64,000 nucleotides of DNA from an uncultured Acidobacteriota bacterium (GTDB taxonomy: Bacteria > Acidobacteriota > Vicinamibacteria > Fen-336), in assembly GCA_963720545.1 (NCBI GenBank), contig OY970399.1, positions 3,200,001-3,264,000 on the forward strand, given 5' to 3'. The notes under the pieces are model-generated. The model was not told the origin of the DNA, made no database searches, and worked only from the letters and a program-made list of their open reading frames with translations. A program made the translations under genes and the position numbers. Shown here piece after piece: positions 9,722 to 20,017 of the stretch (positions within the stretch are counted from its first letter, which is position 1; every line of letters begins with the position of its first letter).

Positions 9722-12295
9722 GTGTTCAATCAATATATTTTGAAGTCGTTCCTGGCCGCCGCTGCCAGCCTTGTCGCTGCTTCCGCGTTTGCACAGTATC
9801 AGCCCCCTCTGGGCATTCCCGCGCCGCCCTTCGGCATCAACGAGCCGAAGCGCGCCGTGACGGCTGTTGCCAATCCTGGCCAGCTGCCTTCAACACTCGC
9901 TGCGGGCGCCGTCGTCGAGGTCCGTGGAAATCATTCTGACGAAACAATCACTTGCAATGGCACCGCCGCAAATCCCGCTTTCCTCGTCGGCGGCGCCGGG
10001 GTGAACCTCACCGGCGACTGGACGATCCGCGGCAGCTACTGCATCCTCGATGGCCTCAAGTTCTCCGGCAGCCATAGCCTCGGCATCCTCGGGAATCACA
10101 TCGCAGTACGCAACAGCGACTCGACCGGCGTGCCCGGCGAAGGCCCGACTGCCGCGTTTGCGAGCGGCGGCGGCGCTTCGGACGTGGTGTTCTACAGGAA
10201 CACCGTGCACGATCACGGCAACGTCAACGCGAACAACGACCAGGACGCCCACTGCATCTCGGTGAGCCTCGATTCGACGCGCATCTGGATACTCGAAAAC
10301 GAGACCTATCGGTGCTCGGGCGACGGCATCAACCTGAACACCTATCCCTACAACACCGCCAACCGCGACCGCATCGGCTTCGTCTACATCGGCAAGAACA
10401 AGAGCCACGACAACAAGCAGAGCGGCATCTGGACGAAGCAGTCGCACGACGTGATCGTTTCGCAGAACGAGGTCTGGAACCATCGCATCGGCAACTCGTC
10501 CTACGGGCAGTGCATCGGCTATCAGTACGGCACCCAGCGCGCCTGGTACCTCTTCAACAACCTGCACGACTGCAACGTCGGCGTCGGCATTTCCGGCGAC
10601 CTTGGCGGGGAAGCGGCGAACCGCGACACCTACATCATCGGCAACACCTTCACGCGCATCACCGGCGCCGGCTGCGGCGGCGGCGTGTGGGACTGCGCAC
10701 CCGTCTACCTCACCGGCGGCGCTCGCTACCACGTGGTCGCCAACACGGCGACCGCCAGCAGCGAGGGCATTCACGCGGTGCGCGGCGGCCCGCTCTATTC
10801 CCTGGGCAACGTCGGCTTGCCGATCGATTCCGAGATCTCCTCGCAGGCGGAGACCGGCGACGTCTACGCGGTTTTCCAGCAGCTCTACGGGATAAGCATC
10901 CGCGGCGCCAACCCGAGTCCGACGCCGACGCCCAATCCGACGCCGACGCCGACGCCTAACCCGACGCCGACGCCGAATCCGACGCCGAGCCCGACTCCGC
11001 GGCCGACGCCGACGCCGACACCCAATCCGACGCCGACGCCTAACCCGACGCCGACGCCGACTCCGAACCCGACGCCGACGCCGAACCCGACTCCGACGCC
11101 GTCGCCGGGCTCCGGTTCGCTCACGGTCGACGATACCTCGGTGGCCGAGCCGCGCACCGGCACGCGTGAAGCCAATTTCGTGGTGCGCCTCTCGCGTCCG
11201 CTCTCCCGCACCGTCTGGGTCGATTACACGACGGTGCCGGGCAGCGCCTCGACGAGCGACTTCGTCCCCGCCTCCGGCCGCCTCTACATCCCGGCCGGAT
11301 CCAGGGAGCGCACCATCGAAGTCGCGGTTCGCAGCGACACCGTACGCGAGACGCCCGAGACGTTCCGCGTGCGGCTCAGCAACCCCAACGGGGCCTCGCT
11401 GGCCCGTGCCGAAGCCGTTGGCCGCATCGTCCAGCCGGGGTCGCTCACCGACTTCGACGGCGACGGCAGGGCCGACCCGACCGTGTTCCGTCCGTCCACC
11501 GGCGTGTGGTGGGAGAACCACTACTACTGGCATCGAGAAGTCCAGTGGGGTGCCTGGAACGACGTCCCGGTTCCCGGCGACTACGACGGTGACGGCAAGA
11601 CCGACCAGGCCTACTGGCGGCCCTCCACCCGCACGTTCTGGGTGAAGTTCAGCAGCAACCAGTCGGTGAACTCGCAACAGCTGGGCGGCGACGGCGACGA
11701 CCCCACGGTCGTTGCCGACTACGATGGCGACGGCAAGACCGATTTCGCCACGTATCGCCGCGGTGACGACGTCGGCGACGACAGCGTCTGGACCATCCGT
11801 CAAAGTTCCGACGGCCAGGTCAAGACGTACCGGTTCGGCAAGGGTGGCGACACTCCCGCGCCGGCCGATTACGACGGTGATGGCAAGGTCGACCTGGCTG
11901 TCCAGCATGGGCCGCGCGATCAACCCGCCGAATTCGTGATCCGCTCCTCCGAAACCGAGGAAGTCAGCACTGTGCCCTTCGGCAACGGCGGCGACGTCGC
12001 TGTCTGCGCGGACTTCGACGGCGATGGCAAGGCCGACGTGGCCGTGTGGAAGGCCGTCGGCGGCCGCTGGCAGGTCCGCCGCAGCGATGGTGGCGGCACG
12101 GCCACGGCTACGCTCGGGCAGCCGGGCGACAAGGTGGTTCCCGCCGACTACGACGGCGATGGACGCACCGACCTCGGGATCTTCCGGCCGTCGACCGGGA
12201 CCTTCTCGTTCTTCTACAGCCGCAATTTCGGAACCAACAGCATCAGGTGGGGACAGGCGGCCGACTATCCGGTCGCGAACTCACTGGCGCACTGA
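9722..12295 (+). CDS. Secreted modular protein: beta-helix domain + Pro/Thr linker + Calx-beta + FG-GAP/VCBS repeats
   Basis: Signal peptide (..AASAFA|QY); beta-helix strands; (PT/PN)n linker; Calx-beta ([26 protein letters not shown]); repeated [13 protein letters not shown] motifs. Confidence 0.85.
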   Translation: MFNQYILKSFLAAAASLVAASAFAQYQPPLGIPAPPFGINEPKRAVTAVANPGQLPSTLAAGAVVEVRGNHSDETITCNGTAANPAFLVGGAGVNLTGDWTIRGSYCILDGLKFSGSHSLGILGNHIAVRNSDSTGVPGEGPTAAFASGGGASDVVFYRNTVHDHGNVNANNDQDAHCISVSLDSTRIWILENETYRCSGDGINLNTYPYNTANRDRIGFVYIGKNKSHDNKQSGIWTKQSHDVIVSQNEVWNHRIGNSSYGQCIGYQYGTQRAWYLFNNLHDCNVGVGISGDLGGEAANRDTYIIGNTFTRITGAGCGGGVWDCAPVYLTGGARYHVVANTATASSEGIHAVRGGPLYSLGNVGLPIDSEISSQAETGDVYAVFQQLYGISIRGANPSPTPTPNPTPTPTPNPTPTPNPTPSPTPRPTPTPTPNPTPTPNPTPTPTPNPTPTPNPTPTPSPGSGSLTVDDTSVAEPRTGTREANFVVRLSRPLSRTVWVDYTTVPGSASTSDFVPASGRLYIPAGSRERTIEVAVRSDTVRETPETFRVRLSNPNGASLARAEAVGRIVQPGSLTDFDGDGRADPTVFRPSTGVWWENHYYWHREVQWGAWNDVPVPGDYDGDGKTDQAYWRPSTRTFWVKFSSNQSVNSQQLGGDGDDPTVVADYDGDGKTDFATYRRGDDVGDDSVWTIRQSSDGQVKTYRFGKGGDTPAPADYDGDGKVDLAVQHGPRDQPAEFVIRSSETEEVSTVPFGNGGDVAVCADFDGDGKADVAVWKAVGGRWQVRRSDGGGTATATLGQPGDKVVPADYDGDGRTDLGIFRPSTGTFSFFYSRNFGTNSIRWGQAADYPVANSLAH
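10910..11107 (+). repeat. Coding low-complexity repeat (CCGACG-based) encoding a PTPTPN linker
   Basis: Imperfect hexamer tandem ccgacg/cccaat/cctaac/ccgact. Confidence 0.9.
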
Positions 12296-12354
12296 GGCCG
12301 CAAAGGGCTCGACCAGAACCGCGGCGTCCCCCCCAGGGGACGCCCGGCAAACCG

Positions 12355-12383
12355 GCCCGCCTGGCGACAGGCGGGCTTTTTTT
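12355..12383 (+). terminator. Rho-independent terminator
   Basis: GCCCGCCTG-gcga-CAGGCGGGC 9-bp stem followed by T7. Confidence 0.85.
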
Positions 12384-12390
12384 CCCTTCA

Positions 12391-12420
12391 TTGACAGCTT
12401 CCTCACCTTCATGACACGAT
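12391..12420 (+). promoter_or_regulatory. Putative sigma70 promoter of the export operon
   Basis: TTGACA at 12391 and TGnCACGAT extended -10-like element at 12412-12420, just after the terminator. Confidence 0.45.
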
Positions 12421-12478
12421 CCGCCGTTCCCCTTCGGCTACCGGCTTGTAGATCGCCTCAATGCCGTATGGATTACCC

Positions 12479-13117
12479 ATGAAGAACTTCCATCCCCTGA
12501 TCCTTTCGAGCCTCCTCTGCGGGAGCGGCAGCGTCGCGTTGGCGCAAGCTCCTGCGGCCAGCCCCCGCCCCGCAGCGGCGGCGCCGGCTTCGGTGCCAGC
12601 CTCGGCACCAGCACCTCGCGATCCGCGCTCCGAATACCGCATCGGCTCCGGCGACGTGCTGCAGGTCTACGTATGGAAGGAACCCGACCTGTCGCGCGAC
12701 GTCACGGTGCGCATGGACGGCAAGATCAGCGTGCCGCTGCTCGGCGATGTCGAGGCGGCGGGGCGCACGCCGCAGCAACTGGGCGCCGAGCTCGCCACCG
12801 GCTGGAGCAAGTTTCTCGCTGCGCCGCAGGTGACGCTGGGCGTCGTCCAGCCGAACAGCACCCGCTTCTACGTTCTGGGCAAGGTCGGAAAGGCGGGCGA
12901 GTTCCCGCTCACCGGACGCGTCACGATCCTGCAGGCGCTGGCGCTCGCCGGCGGCACTTCCGAATACGCCAAGACCGACCAGATCGTGGTGATTCGCCAG
13001 GACCCGGGGCAGGGAGGCCAGACCTTCATCCCGTTCAATTACAAGCGCATCGAGGAAGCCAAGGACATCGCGCAGAACATCCTCCTGCGCCCCGGCGACA
13101 CGATCATCGTCCCGTGA
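12479..13117 (+). CDS. Polysaccharide biosynthesis/export protein (Wza/OPX family, short form with SLBB domain)
   Basis: YRIGSGDVLQVYVWKEPDLSRDVTVRMDGKISVPLLG PES motif; C-terminal LRPGDTIIVP. Confidence 0.92.
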   Translation: MKNFHPLILSSLLCGSGSVALAQAPAASPRPAAAAPASVPASAPAPRDPRSEYRIGSGDVLQVYVWKEPDLSRDVTVRMDGKISVPLLGDVEAAGRTPQQLGAELATGWSKFLAAPQVTLGVVQPNSTRFYVLGKVGKAGEFPLTGRVTILQALALAGGTSEYAKTDQIVVIRQDPGQGGQTFIPFNYKRIEEAKDIAQNILLRPGDTIIVP

Positions 13118-14436
13118 CGTCCGCGACGCCGGGCCGCAAGCCAAGCCGTTGCCTGTGCTCGTTGTTCGCGACCGCCTTGCTGCTCGGCGGGCTGGCAGCG
13201 CCGGTGCTTGCGCAGGCTCCATCCGGCCCGCCCGATACGCAGGTAGGTCAGCCGGTGCAGGGGCCGCCGCCCCCGTCGAGCCGCCCGGCGCGCCGCGAAC
13301 CGCGCTTCTCGCTGTGGGCGCGCGCCGAGGAGAGCTACGAGGTGAACCCGCAGCTGCGGCAGGACGGCGACGACCTCAACTCGTTCGTCGACAACCTCAG
13401 CGCCGGGCTCGGCTATACATTCCGCGGCCCGCGCGGCGACCTCACGTTCAACGTCGACGGCGGCCGCCTCAACTATCACGACCTTCCCGACCTCAGCCGC
13501 TGGACCTACGGCGGCGGCGTGAAGGGCCTCTACAACTTCTCGCCGCGAGCCTCCTTCGCGGTGCGCGAGCGTTACACCGTCTCGGCGCAGAACGCTGCCG
13601 CCGTGCTCGAGTCGAGCGGCCTGCCGGTGTCGCTCGTCAACAGCCGCACCAACGCGGCCGACGCCAACCTGCACCTGGGCGTGACCCGTCGCACCAACCT
13701 CGACCTCGGCGTGCGCCACGAAAAGATCACCTTCGACGCAGACGCCTCGCTGCCCGGCACCGGCCCGCTGGTCAGCGGTAACGTCCTCACCGCCGACGCG
13801 CGGCTGTCGCGCCGCATCGGCAACGAGGACAACATCGGGCTCGGCTACTCGTATGCCTTCAACCTCGTGAGCGGCACCGGCGCCGACGTCCAGACAGCCT
13901 ATCTCTCGTGGAGCGGCCGCCTCGGACGCCGTGTCGGCGCGGCCCTCACCGGCGGCGCCAGCAGGCTGTCGCCGCTCGAGGTGACAGGGGTGCCCGGAGT
14001 GCCGCCGGATCCCACGGCGCCGCCGATCGCGCCGATCGCGGCGAAATGGCGGCCTTCGGGTTCCGCCGCCCTGACAGCCGAGTTCCGCCACGGCTCGCTC
14101 GGCGCCGGATATTCGCGCACGGTCGGCCAGGCATTCGGCTTCGGCGTCGAGCGCGTCGCCGACATCGCAGCGCTGTACGGCGACCACCGTTTTGGCCGCA
14201 ACACCACGATGAGCTTCAACGGCAGCTTCGGCCGCACCCGCGAGGCGAGCGGGTCCGACGTCAACAGCTTTGACACGATATCCGCGGGTGCCGCGTTGCG
14301 ACACCTGCTGTCGCGGCGTTTCGAATTGAACGGCGGCTACACCTACGGGCGGATCAAGCCCGCCGACACGCTCATCGCCCCTTACCGGACGGGCCGCGCC
14401 TTCCTGGCGCTCGCATACGGCAGGCTGCGCGAATGA
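13114..14436 (+). CDS. Outer-membrane beta-barrel protein, likely polysaccharide secretion partner of the short Wza
   Basis: GTG overlapping wza stop; signal peptide; alternating aromatic/Gly beta-strands throughout. Confidence 0.7.
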   Translation: MTSATPGRKPSRCLCSLFATALLLGGLAAPVLAQAPSGPPDTQVGQPVQGPPPPSSRPARREPRFSLWARAEESYEVNPQLRQDGDDLNSFVDNLSAGLGYTFRGPRGDLTFNVDGGRLNYHDLPDLSRWTYGGGVKGLYNFSPRASFAVRERYTVSAQNAAAVLESSGLPVSLVNSRTNAADANLHLGVTRRTNLDLGVRHEKITFDADASLPGTGPLVSGNVLTADARLSRRIGNEDNIGLGYSYAFNLVSGTGADVQTAYLSWSGRLGRRVGAALTGGASRLSPLEVTGVPGVPPDPTAPPIAPIAAKWRPSGSAALTAEFRHGSLGAGYSRTVGQAFGFGVERVADIAALYGDHRFGRNTTMSFNGSFGRTREASGSDVNSFDTISAGAALRHLLSRRFELNGGYTYGRIKPADTLIAPYRTGRAFLALAYGRLRE

Positions 14437-14470
14437 ACGTCAGCCGCTCCCACCGCTAGACAGGCCGCCC

Positions 14471-15463
14471 TTGAAACTCGCAAAGCTGAAGTCGGCGGTT
14501 AAGTCGCTTCACGCCTCGCGCCACGCGTGGCGCCTCGGGCGGCCGTTCCATCCGCGGGGGGTCGCGGTCCTGATGTACCACCGCATCGGCCGCGTCGCGC
14601 CGTTCTATGGCCTCGACCCGGAGACCTTTCGCAAGCACATCGAGTGGCTCGCCGCCAACTGCGAGATCGTCGCGCCGCAGGACCTGCAGGAGAGCTGCCG
14701 CCTGAGCAAGAGCAGCCGCCGCCGCAAGGTGGTGCTCACGTTCGACGACGGCTTCGCCGGCTACTACCAGCACGCTTATCCGGTGCTGAAGCGCCACGGC
14801 GCGCCCGCGGCGGTGTTCCTCGCGACCGCCTCGATCGACGACCCATCGCTGTTGATCTGGCCGGACCGTGTGACCCTCGCGGTGACGCGCACCGAGCGCC
14901 AGTCGATCGCGGCGCCGTGGAACGAGCGGCTGCATTGCGACCTGTCGACGCCGCGCGCCCGCCGGGTGTTCATCCACGACTTCAAGATCGCCGCCAAGCT
15001 GGCGCCCGACGCGGAACGTCGTCGTATGATCGAGCAAATGCTCGCGGCGCTCGACATCCGCGACCTGGCCACCTCCCGGCAGATGATGAACTGGGACGAA
15101 GTGCGCGCCGCATCCGACCTCACCACCTGGGGCGGCCACACCCACACGCATCCCGTCCTCAGCAGGGTAGCCGACGCAGACCTCGACTACGAGGTGCGGA
15201 TGTCGCGTGACCGGATTGCGGAAAACACGGGATCGGCGCCGCGATTCTTCGCCTACCCGAATGGGCGGACGATGGATTACGACGAGCGCAGCCGGGCCGC
15301 CTTGAGCAAGTACGGTTTCGAGATCGCCTTCGCCACCGATGAAGGGCTGAACGGGCCGGCCACCGACTGGCACGCCGTCCGCCGGCTGCCCGGCGACTGC
15401 AACGTCGCCGAGCTGGCATGGATGCTGTCGGGCCTTGGCGCCGCCGGACGGAACCCGACCTGA
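14471..15463 (+). CDS. Polysaccharide deacetylase (CE4/NodB-like)
   Basis: LMYHR, LTFDDG, GGHTHTHP, FAYPNG motifs. Confidence 0.92.
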   Translation: MKLAKLKSAVKSLHASRHAWRLGRPFHPRGVAVLMYHRIGRVAPFYGLDPETFRKHIEWLAANCEIVAPQDLQESCRLSKSSRRRKVVLTFDDGFAGYYQHAYPVLKRHGAPAAVFLATASIDDPSLLIWPDRVTLAVTRTERQSIAAPWNERLHCDLSTPRARRVFIHDFKIAAKLAPDAERRRMIEQMLAALDIRDLATSRQMMNWDEVRAASDLTTWGGHTHTHPVLSRVADADLDYEVRMSRDRIAENTGSAPRFFAYPNGRTMDYDERSRAALSKYGFEIAFATDEGLNGPATDWHAVRRLPGDCNVAELAWMLSGLGAAGRNPT

Positions 15464-16632
15464 GGCAAGCATTCATCTTCGGCCGCAGCGTGACTGCGCT
15501 CGCGGCAATGCGCTCGTTCGGCGCAGCCGGGATACCGCTACGGGTGTTTGGCGCAGCGGGCACGTTCGCGGTGCGCTCGCGCTATTACAGCCGGCATCCG
15601 CAGGTCAGCGGCGAAGACCTCGTCGAAGCGCAGCTCGCCGGCTTTCTCGAGAGCCTGGGCGGCGAGGGCGCGGTGCTGTTCCCCTGTTCGGACGACTGGC
15701 TGAAGGCGGTGGCGGCGCTGCCCGCGACGTTGCGGCAGCGCTTCCCGACTTCGCTGCCGGCACCCGAGACGATCGAGGACTTCGCCGACAAGCTGCGTTT
15801 CGCGGGCGTGATGCAGCGACTGGCGCTGCCGCACCCCCGCACCCGGCTCATCTCCTCGGCGGCGGAGGTCGATGCTCTGCCCGACGACGCCTTCCCGCGC
15901 TCGTTCCTGAAGCCCGCGAACTCGCAGGCGTTCGCGCGTGTCTACAGCGCCAAGGCGTTCCGGCCGACGACCCGCGCCGAAGCCGCGGCGGCGTGGCGCA
16001 TGGCCCACGCCGACGGCCACGTCCTGCTGTTCCAGGAATACATCCAGGGCCCGCCCAGCGAGCACTACTTCGTCGACGGCTTCATCGACCGCCACGGCAC
16101 GCCGCGCGCCGTGCTGGCGCGCCGCCGGGTGCGCATGGATCCGCCCGACCTCGGCAACAGCAGCCAGATCGTCTCGGTGCCGCCCGACGAGATCCGGCCC
16201 GCGCTCGACGACACGCTGCGGCTGATGCGCGCGGTGTCGTACCGCGGGATCTTCAGCGTCGAGTTCAAGCACGACCGGGCGGACGGCCTCTACAAGTTCC
16301 TCGAGGTGAACGCGCGGCCCTGGTGGTACCTGGCGTTTGCCGCGCACTGCGGCATGGACGTGGCGCGGATGGCGTACGCCGATGCGCTTGAACAGGACGT
16401 GGCAACCATCGCGAACTACAAGGTCGGCGAGCGCTGCACCTACCTGCTGCCCGACTTCAAGGCCGCGCGGCGTGCGATCCGCGCCGGCGACCTCAGTTAT
16501 GGAGCGTGGCTGCGCAGCCTGCGCGGCTCGAGCTGGCCGGTGTTCGAGTGGCACGATCCCGGACCAGCGCTCGCGATGCTGTCGCTGCACGTGCCCGCCT
16601 TCTTCCGCCGCAGCCCAGGGCAAGAACGGTGA
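15418..16632 (+). CDS. ATP-grasp ligase (D-aspartate-ligase/carboxylate-amine-ligase-like)
   Basis: LFPCSD, DK, FLKP, FQEYIQG, VEFK.D, FLEVNAR motifs. Confidence 0.85.
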   Translation: MDAVGPWRRRTEPDLRQAFIFGRSVTALAAMRSFGAAGIPLRVFGAAGTFAVRSRYYSRHPQVSGEDLVEAQLAGFLESLGGEGAVLFPCSDDWLKAVAALPATLRQRFPTSLPAPETIEDFADKLRFAGVMQRLALPHPRTRLISSAAEVDALPDDAFPRSFLKPANSQAFARVYSAKAFRPTTRAEAAAAWRMAHADGHVLLFQEYIQGPPSEHYFVDGFIDRHGTPRAVLARRRVRMDPPDLGNSSQIVSVPPDEIRPALDDTLRLMRAVSYRGIFSVEFKHDRADGLYKFLEVNARPWWYLAFAAHCGMDVARMAYADALEQDVATIANYKVGERCTYLLPDFKAARRAIRAGDLSYGAWLRSLRGSSWPVFEWHDPGPALAMLSLHVPAFFRRSPGQER

Positions 16633-18299
16633 ACGGCGCCGAGCGCGTCTGCGCCACCCTGGGAGCATTGGGCTCCGATACCGTCTTCGGGTTGCCCGGC
16701 AGCCAGAACGTCGGCCTGTACGCGGCGGCGGGGCAGTCGCCCCTGCGGCTCTGCGGCGCCACCTCGGAGACCGCCGCCGCCTTCATGGCCAATGGCTACG
16801 CGCGCGCCACCGGCGCTCCGGGAATCCTGTTCACGATCCCCGGTCCCGGGTTCGCGTTCGCGCTGCCCGGCATCGCCGAGGCGTGGCTCGACTCCGTGCC
16901 GCTCATACACTTTACGGGCATGCCGGCGCGCGCCCCGGGTCGCGCCTTCCAGCTGCAGGCGATCGACCAGGCGGCGATGGCCAGGCCGGTCGTGAAGGCC
17001 GTGATCGAGGTGCAAGCGGGCGCCCAGGTGGATGCGGCCGTGCGCGAGGCGCATGCCCTGAGCCTCGCGGGCGAGCCGGGGCCGGTGCTGGTGCAGCTGG
17101 CGCCGGAAGCGCTCAGCGAACGGGCCGACCCGGGCCGCGCCGCGCCGCCGATGCCGACCTTACAGGCGCAGCCGGATGGCGCTGCGCTCGAGGCGCTGGT
17201 GGCGCGGCTGCGTGCGGCGCATCGCCCGCTGCTCTACGCCGGCCAGGGCGCACAGGACGAGGGTGCCTTGCTCGCGAGCCTCTGCGAAGCCGCGCGCGCG
17301 CCGCTGCTCACCACCACCTCGGGCCGCGGCGCGGTGGCCGAAAGCCACCCCTGGCTCATTGCCTCGGATCTGGCGCCCTCGGCGGCCGTGCAGGACCTGT
17401 TCGCCGCCGCCGACCTGGTGCTGGCGATCGGCGTGAAGTTCTCGCACAACGGCGCGCGCGGTTTTCGCCTGGCGCTGCCGCCGGCGAACCTGGTGCACGT
17501 CGACAGCGCACAGCGCAACCTCGGCGCCAACTACCCCGCGTCGCTGAGCCTCGGCTGCGACGCCCACCTGCTGTTGCGCGCGCTGGTGCCGCGGCTCGGC
17601 GGAGCCTCCTCGCGCTGGACCGCCGCCGAAATCGCGGCATGGCGTGTGCGGCTTGCGGCCGTAGACGGCGCGGAAGAGCCATTGCTGCGCGGCACGAAAC
17701 CGCCCGAGGCCGCCGCGTTCTTTGCGGCGCTTGGCGCGGCGTTGCCGGCGCAGGGCGTGCTGACGCTCGATTCGGGCCGTCACCAGATGCTGGCGCGGCG
17801 GCACCTGCGCATCAAGGGGCCGCGCAGCTTGATGGCGCCGACCAACTTCCAGTCGATGGGCTACGCGATTCCGGCGGCGATCGGCGCGCTCTGCGGCCGG
17901 CCCGACGCGACCGCGGTGGCGGTGGTGGGCGACGGCGGCTTCGCGCTCAGCGGCATGGAGCTGCTGTCCGCGGCGCGTGAGCGGTTCGACCTGACCGTGG
18001 TCGTCTGCAACGACGGCCACTACAGCCTGATTCGCGACCAGCAACTGGGCGCGCACGGCACTGCCCACGGCACTTCATTGTGGAACCCCGACTTCGCCCG
18101 CTTCGCCGCGGCTGCCGGCGTGCGCCACGTGCGCGTCCGCGGCGACCTGCACAAGGCTGTCGGCGAAATGTTGGCGCCGGGCCGCGGCGTCGTCCTGGCG
18201 GAGGTGGTGTTGCGCGATTCGGTGCGTCGGCGCCTGTCGCAGTTGCGGGACAAGGCGGCCGGGCGGGCGCGCGGGCTGCTGCGTTTCGCGAGGCGTTGA
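16629..18299 (+). CDS. Thiamine-diphosphate-dependent enzyme (acetolactate-synthase-like)
   Basis: GTG 16629 overlaps upstream stop; VFGLPG, ETAAAFMANGYARATG, PGPG, SMGYAIPAAIG, GDGGF...N ThDP motif. Confidence 0.9.
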   Translation: MNGAERVCATLGALGSDTVFGLPGSQNVGLYAAAGQSPLRLCGATSETAAAFMANGYARATGAPGILFTIPGPGFAFALPGIAEAWLDSVPLIHFTGMPARAPGRAFQLQAIDQAAMARPVVKAVIEVQAGAQVDAAVREAHALSLAGEPGPVLVQLAPEALSERADPGRAAPPMPTLQAQPDGAALEALVARLRAAHRPLLYAGQGAQDEGALLASLCEAARAPLLTTTSGRGAVAESHPWLIASDLAPSAAVQDLFAAADLVLAIGVKFSHNGARGFRLALPPANLVHVDSAQRNLGANYPASLSLGCDAHLLLRALVPRLGGASSRWTAAEIAAWRVRLAAVDGAEEPLLRGTKPPEAAAFFAALGAALPAQGVLTLDSGRHQMLARRHLRIKGPRSLMAPTNFQSMGYAIPAAIGALCGRPDATAVAVVGDGGFALSGMELLSAARERFDLTVVVCNDGHYSLIRDQQLGAHGTAHGTSLWNPDFARFAAAAGVRHVRVRGDLHKAVGEMLAPGRGVVLAEVVLRDSVRRRLSQLRDKAAGRARGLLRFARR

Positions 18300-18369
18300 C
18301 GCCTGGTGTGAGCGCCGCCACTCCCCGGCCGCGGGGACGCTTTTGGGACCCTCGATTCTCAGGCCCGAA

Positions 18370-18378
18370 TGATAAAAT
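18370..18378 (+). promoter_or_regulatory. Putative extended -10 element (TGATAAAAT) for the wzc-PPTase-NRPS-PKS operon
   Basis: TGnTAAAAT in 18300-18487 intergenic region; GGAGG RBS at 18476-18480. Confidence 0.4.
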
Positions 18379-18487
18379 CCTCAGTTGCTGCTTTCGGCAT
18401 CGCAGCGGCAGGCGACTGGATACACTAAGTGTCATCGAAAGGGCCCACGAGAGGCGCTGCCAACAGCCCTTCGCGGGAGGGTGAGAA

Positions 18488-20017
18488 GTGAGCGAAGAGC
18501 AAGACTTCGAGCAGGCCGGATCGCACAGCCTCAAGCGCTATCTCGAGATCCCCAAGCGGCGCCCCTGGCACATCGTGGTGCCTTGCATCAGCCTCGCCAT
18601 CGTTGCGCTCGGCGTCAGCTTCCTCATCCCCAAGCTCTACAAGACCCAGACCATGATCCTGGTCGAGAGCCAGAAGGTGCCGGAGTCGATCGTGCGCCGC
18701 AGCTCCGAAGACGAGCAGGCGAAGCCGCGGCTCGCCACCATCCGCCAGGAGATCATGAGCCGCACGCGCATCGAGACCGTGCTGAAGGAGCTGAATCCTT
18801 ACCCAGACCTCATGGGCCGAACCCCGCTCACCAGCATCGTCGAGAAGATGCGCTCCGCCACCGAGATCGTCGTCAAGGGCAACGAGGCCTTCAGCATCGA
18901 GTACGTGCACGAGGACCCGAAGAAGGCCATGGAGGTGACCAACCGCCTCGCCACCTTGTTCATCGACGAGACCTCGCGTTCGCGCGAAGACAGCGTCAAG
19001 GGCGCGAACTCGTTCCTCGAGGAGCAGCTTGCGGACGCGAAGAAGGAGCTCGACGAGAAAGACCGCGAGGTGCGCCGCTACAAGGAGCTGCACACCGGGC
19101 GCCTGCCCGAGCAGACGCCTTCCAACCTGGCGGCGCTCGAGCGCTTCCAGATGGAGCGGCAGAACATCGAAACGCAGCTGTCGTCCGCGCGCCAGCGCGA
19201 GTTGATGCTGGAGCGTGGCGTCGGCGACACCATCACCACCCCCAGCGGGCAGGTGGTCGCCGCCGTCGACCCGAACCGCGACCTCAACAAGGCGCGCGAG
19301 GAGCTCGCGGTGATGCGCACCCGCTACACCGACGAACACCCCGACGTGCGCGCGCAGCTGGCGCGCATCGCGCGGCTGGAGCGCGAAGCCGGCGACGCCG
19401 AGCGCCGCGCCGCCGCCACCACCACGCCGCCGGCGCCGCCCGCCGGCAACCGCATGCAGCTGGAGCAGGTGCGCAGCGACATCCGCGCCCTCGAGATGCG
19501 CAAGGGGCAGACCGAAGCGCAGATGAGCGCCTACCAGGGCCGCGTCGAGGACTCGCCGCGCACCGAGCAGGAGCTGAAGACGCTGACGCGCGACTTCGAC
19601 CAGTTGAACGAGAACTACAAGTCGCTGCTCGCGAAGAAGATCAATGCGCAGATGGCCGAGAAAATGGAGGAGCGCTGGAAGGGCGAGCGCTTCAGCGTCC
19701 TCGACCCGGCCTACGTGCCCGAGGAACCGTACTTTCCGAACCGCACGCTGTTCGCGCTGGTGGGCGCCGTCGCCGGCCTCATCATCGGCCTCAGCCTCGC
19801 GTTCGGCGCCGAACTCTTCGACCAGTCGGTGAAGGACCAGGACGACCTCGCCGACCTCATTCCGCAGCCGGTGCTCGTGATCTTCCCGAGCATCCCGGCG
19901 ACCATCGGACCGGCCCGCGGCGGGCGCAGCGGCGGCGGCGGCTATACGGCGCGCGGCTCAGCCGACGTCCTCGAGCTCGACGAATGGCGGTCGCGCGGCA
20001 GGGCGTCCCGTGGTTGA
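18488..20017 (+). CDS. Polysaccharide chain-length determinant / co-polymerase (Wzz/GumC; N-terminal half of split Wzc)
   Basis: Two TM segments flanking coiled-coil; YTDEHPDV, FSVLDPAYVPEEPYFPNR motifs. Confidence 0.9.
   Translation: MSEEQDFEQAGSHSLKRYLEIPKRRPWHIVVPCISLAIVALGVSFLIPKLYKTQTMILVESQKVPESIVRRSSEDEQAKPRLATIRQEIMSRTRIETVLKELNPYPDLMGRTPLTSIVEKMRSATEIVVKGNEAFSIEYVHEDPKKAMEVTNRLATLFIDETSRSREDSVKGANSFLEEQLADAKKELDEKDREVRRYKELHTGRLPEQTPSNLAALERFQMERQNIETQLSSARQRELMLERGVGDTITTPSGQVVAAVDPNRDLNKAREELAVMRTRYTDEHPDVRAQLARIARLEREAGDAERRAAATTTPPAPPAGNRMQLEQVRSDIRALEMRKGQTEAQMSAYQGRVEDSPRTEQELKTLTRDFDQLNENYKSLLAKKINAQMAEKMEERWKGERFSVLDPAYVPEEPYFPNRTLFALVGAVAGLIIGLSLAFGAELFDQSVKDQDDLADLIPQPVLVIFPSIPATIGPARGGRSGGGGYTARGSADVLELDEWRSRGRASRG

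Noticed and set aside
10910..11107. CRISPR array or non-coding VNTR
   Set aside because: In-frame coding hexamer repeat without spacers; no cas genes
12275..12383. c-di-GMP-I riboswitch (GGCCGCAAAG and GGCAAACC fragments)
   Set aside because: Fragments are in the wrong order, overlap a CDS end and are explained by the terminator; an Infernal search would settle it
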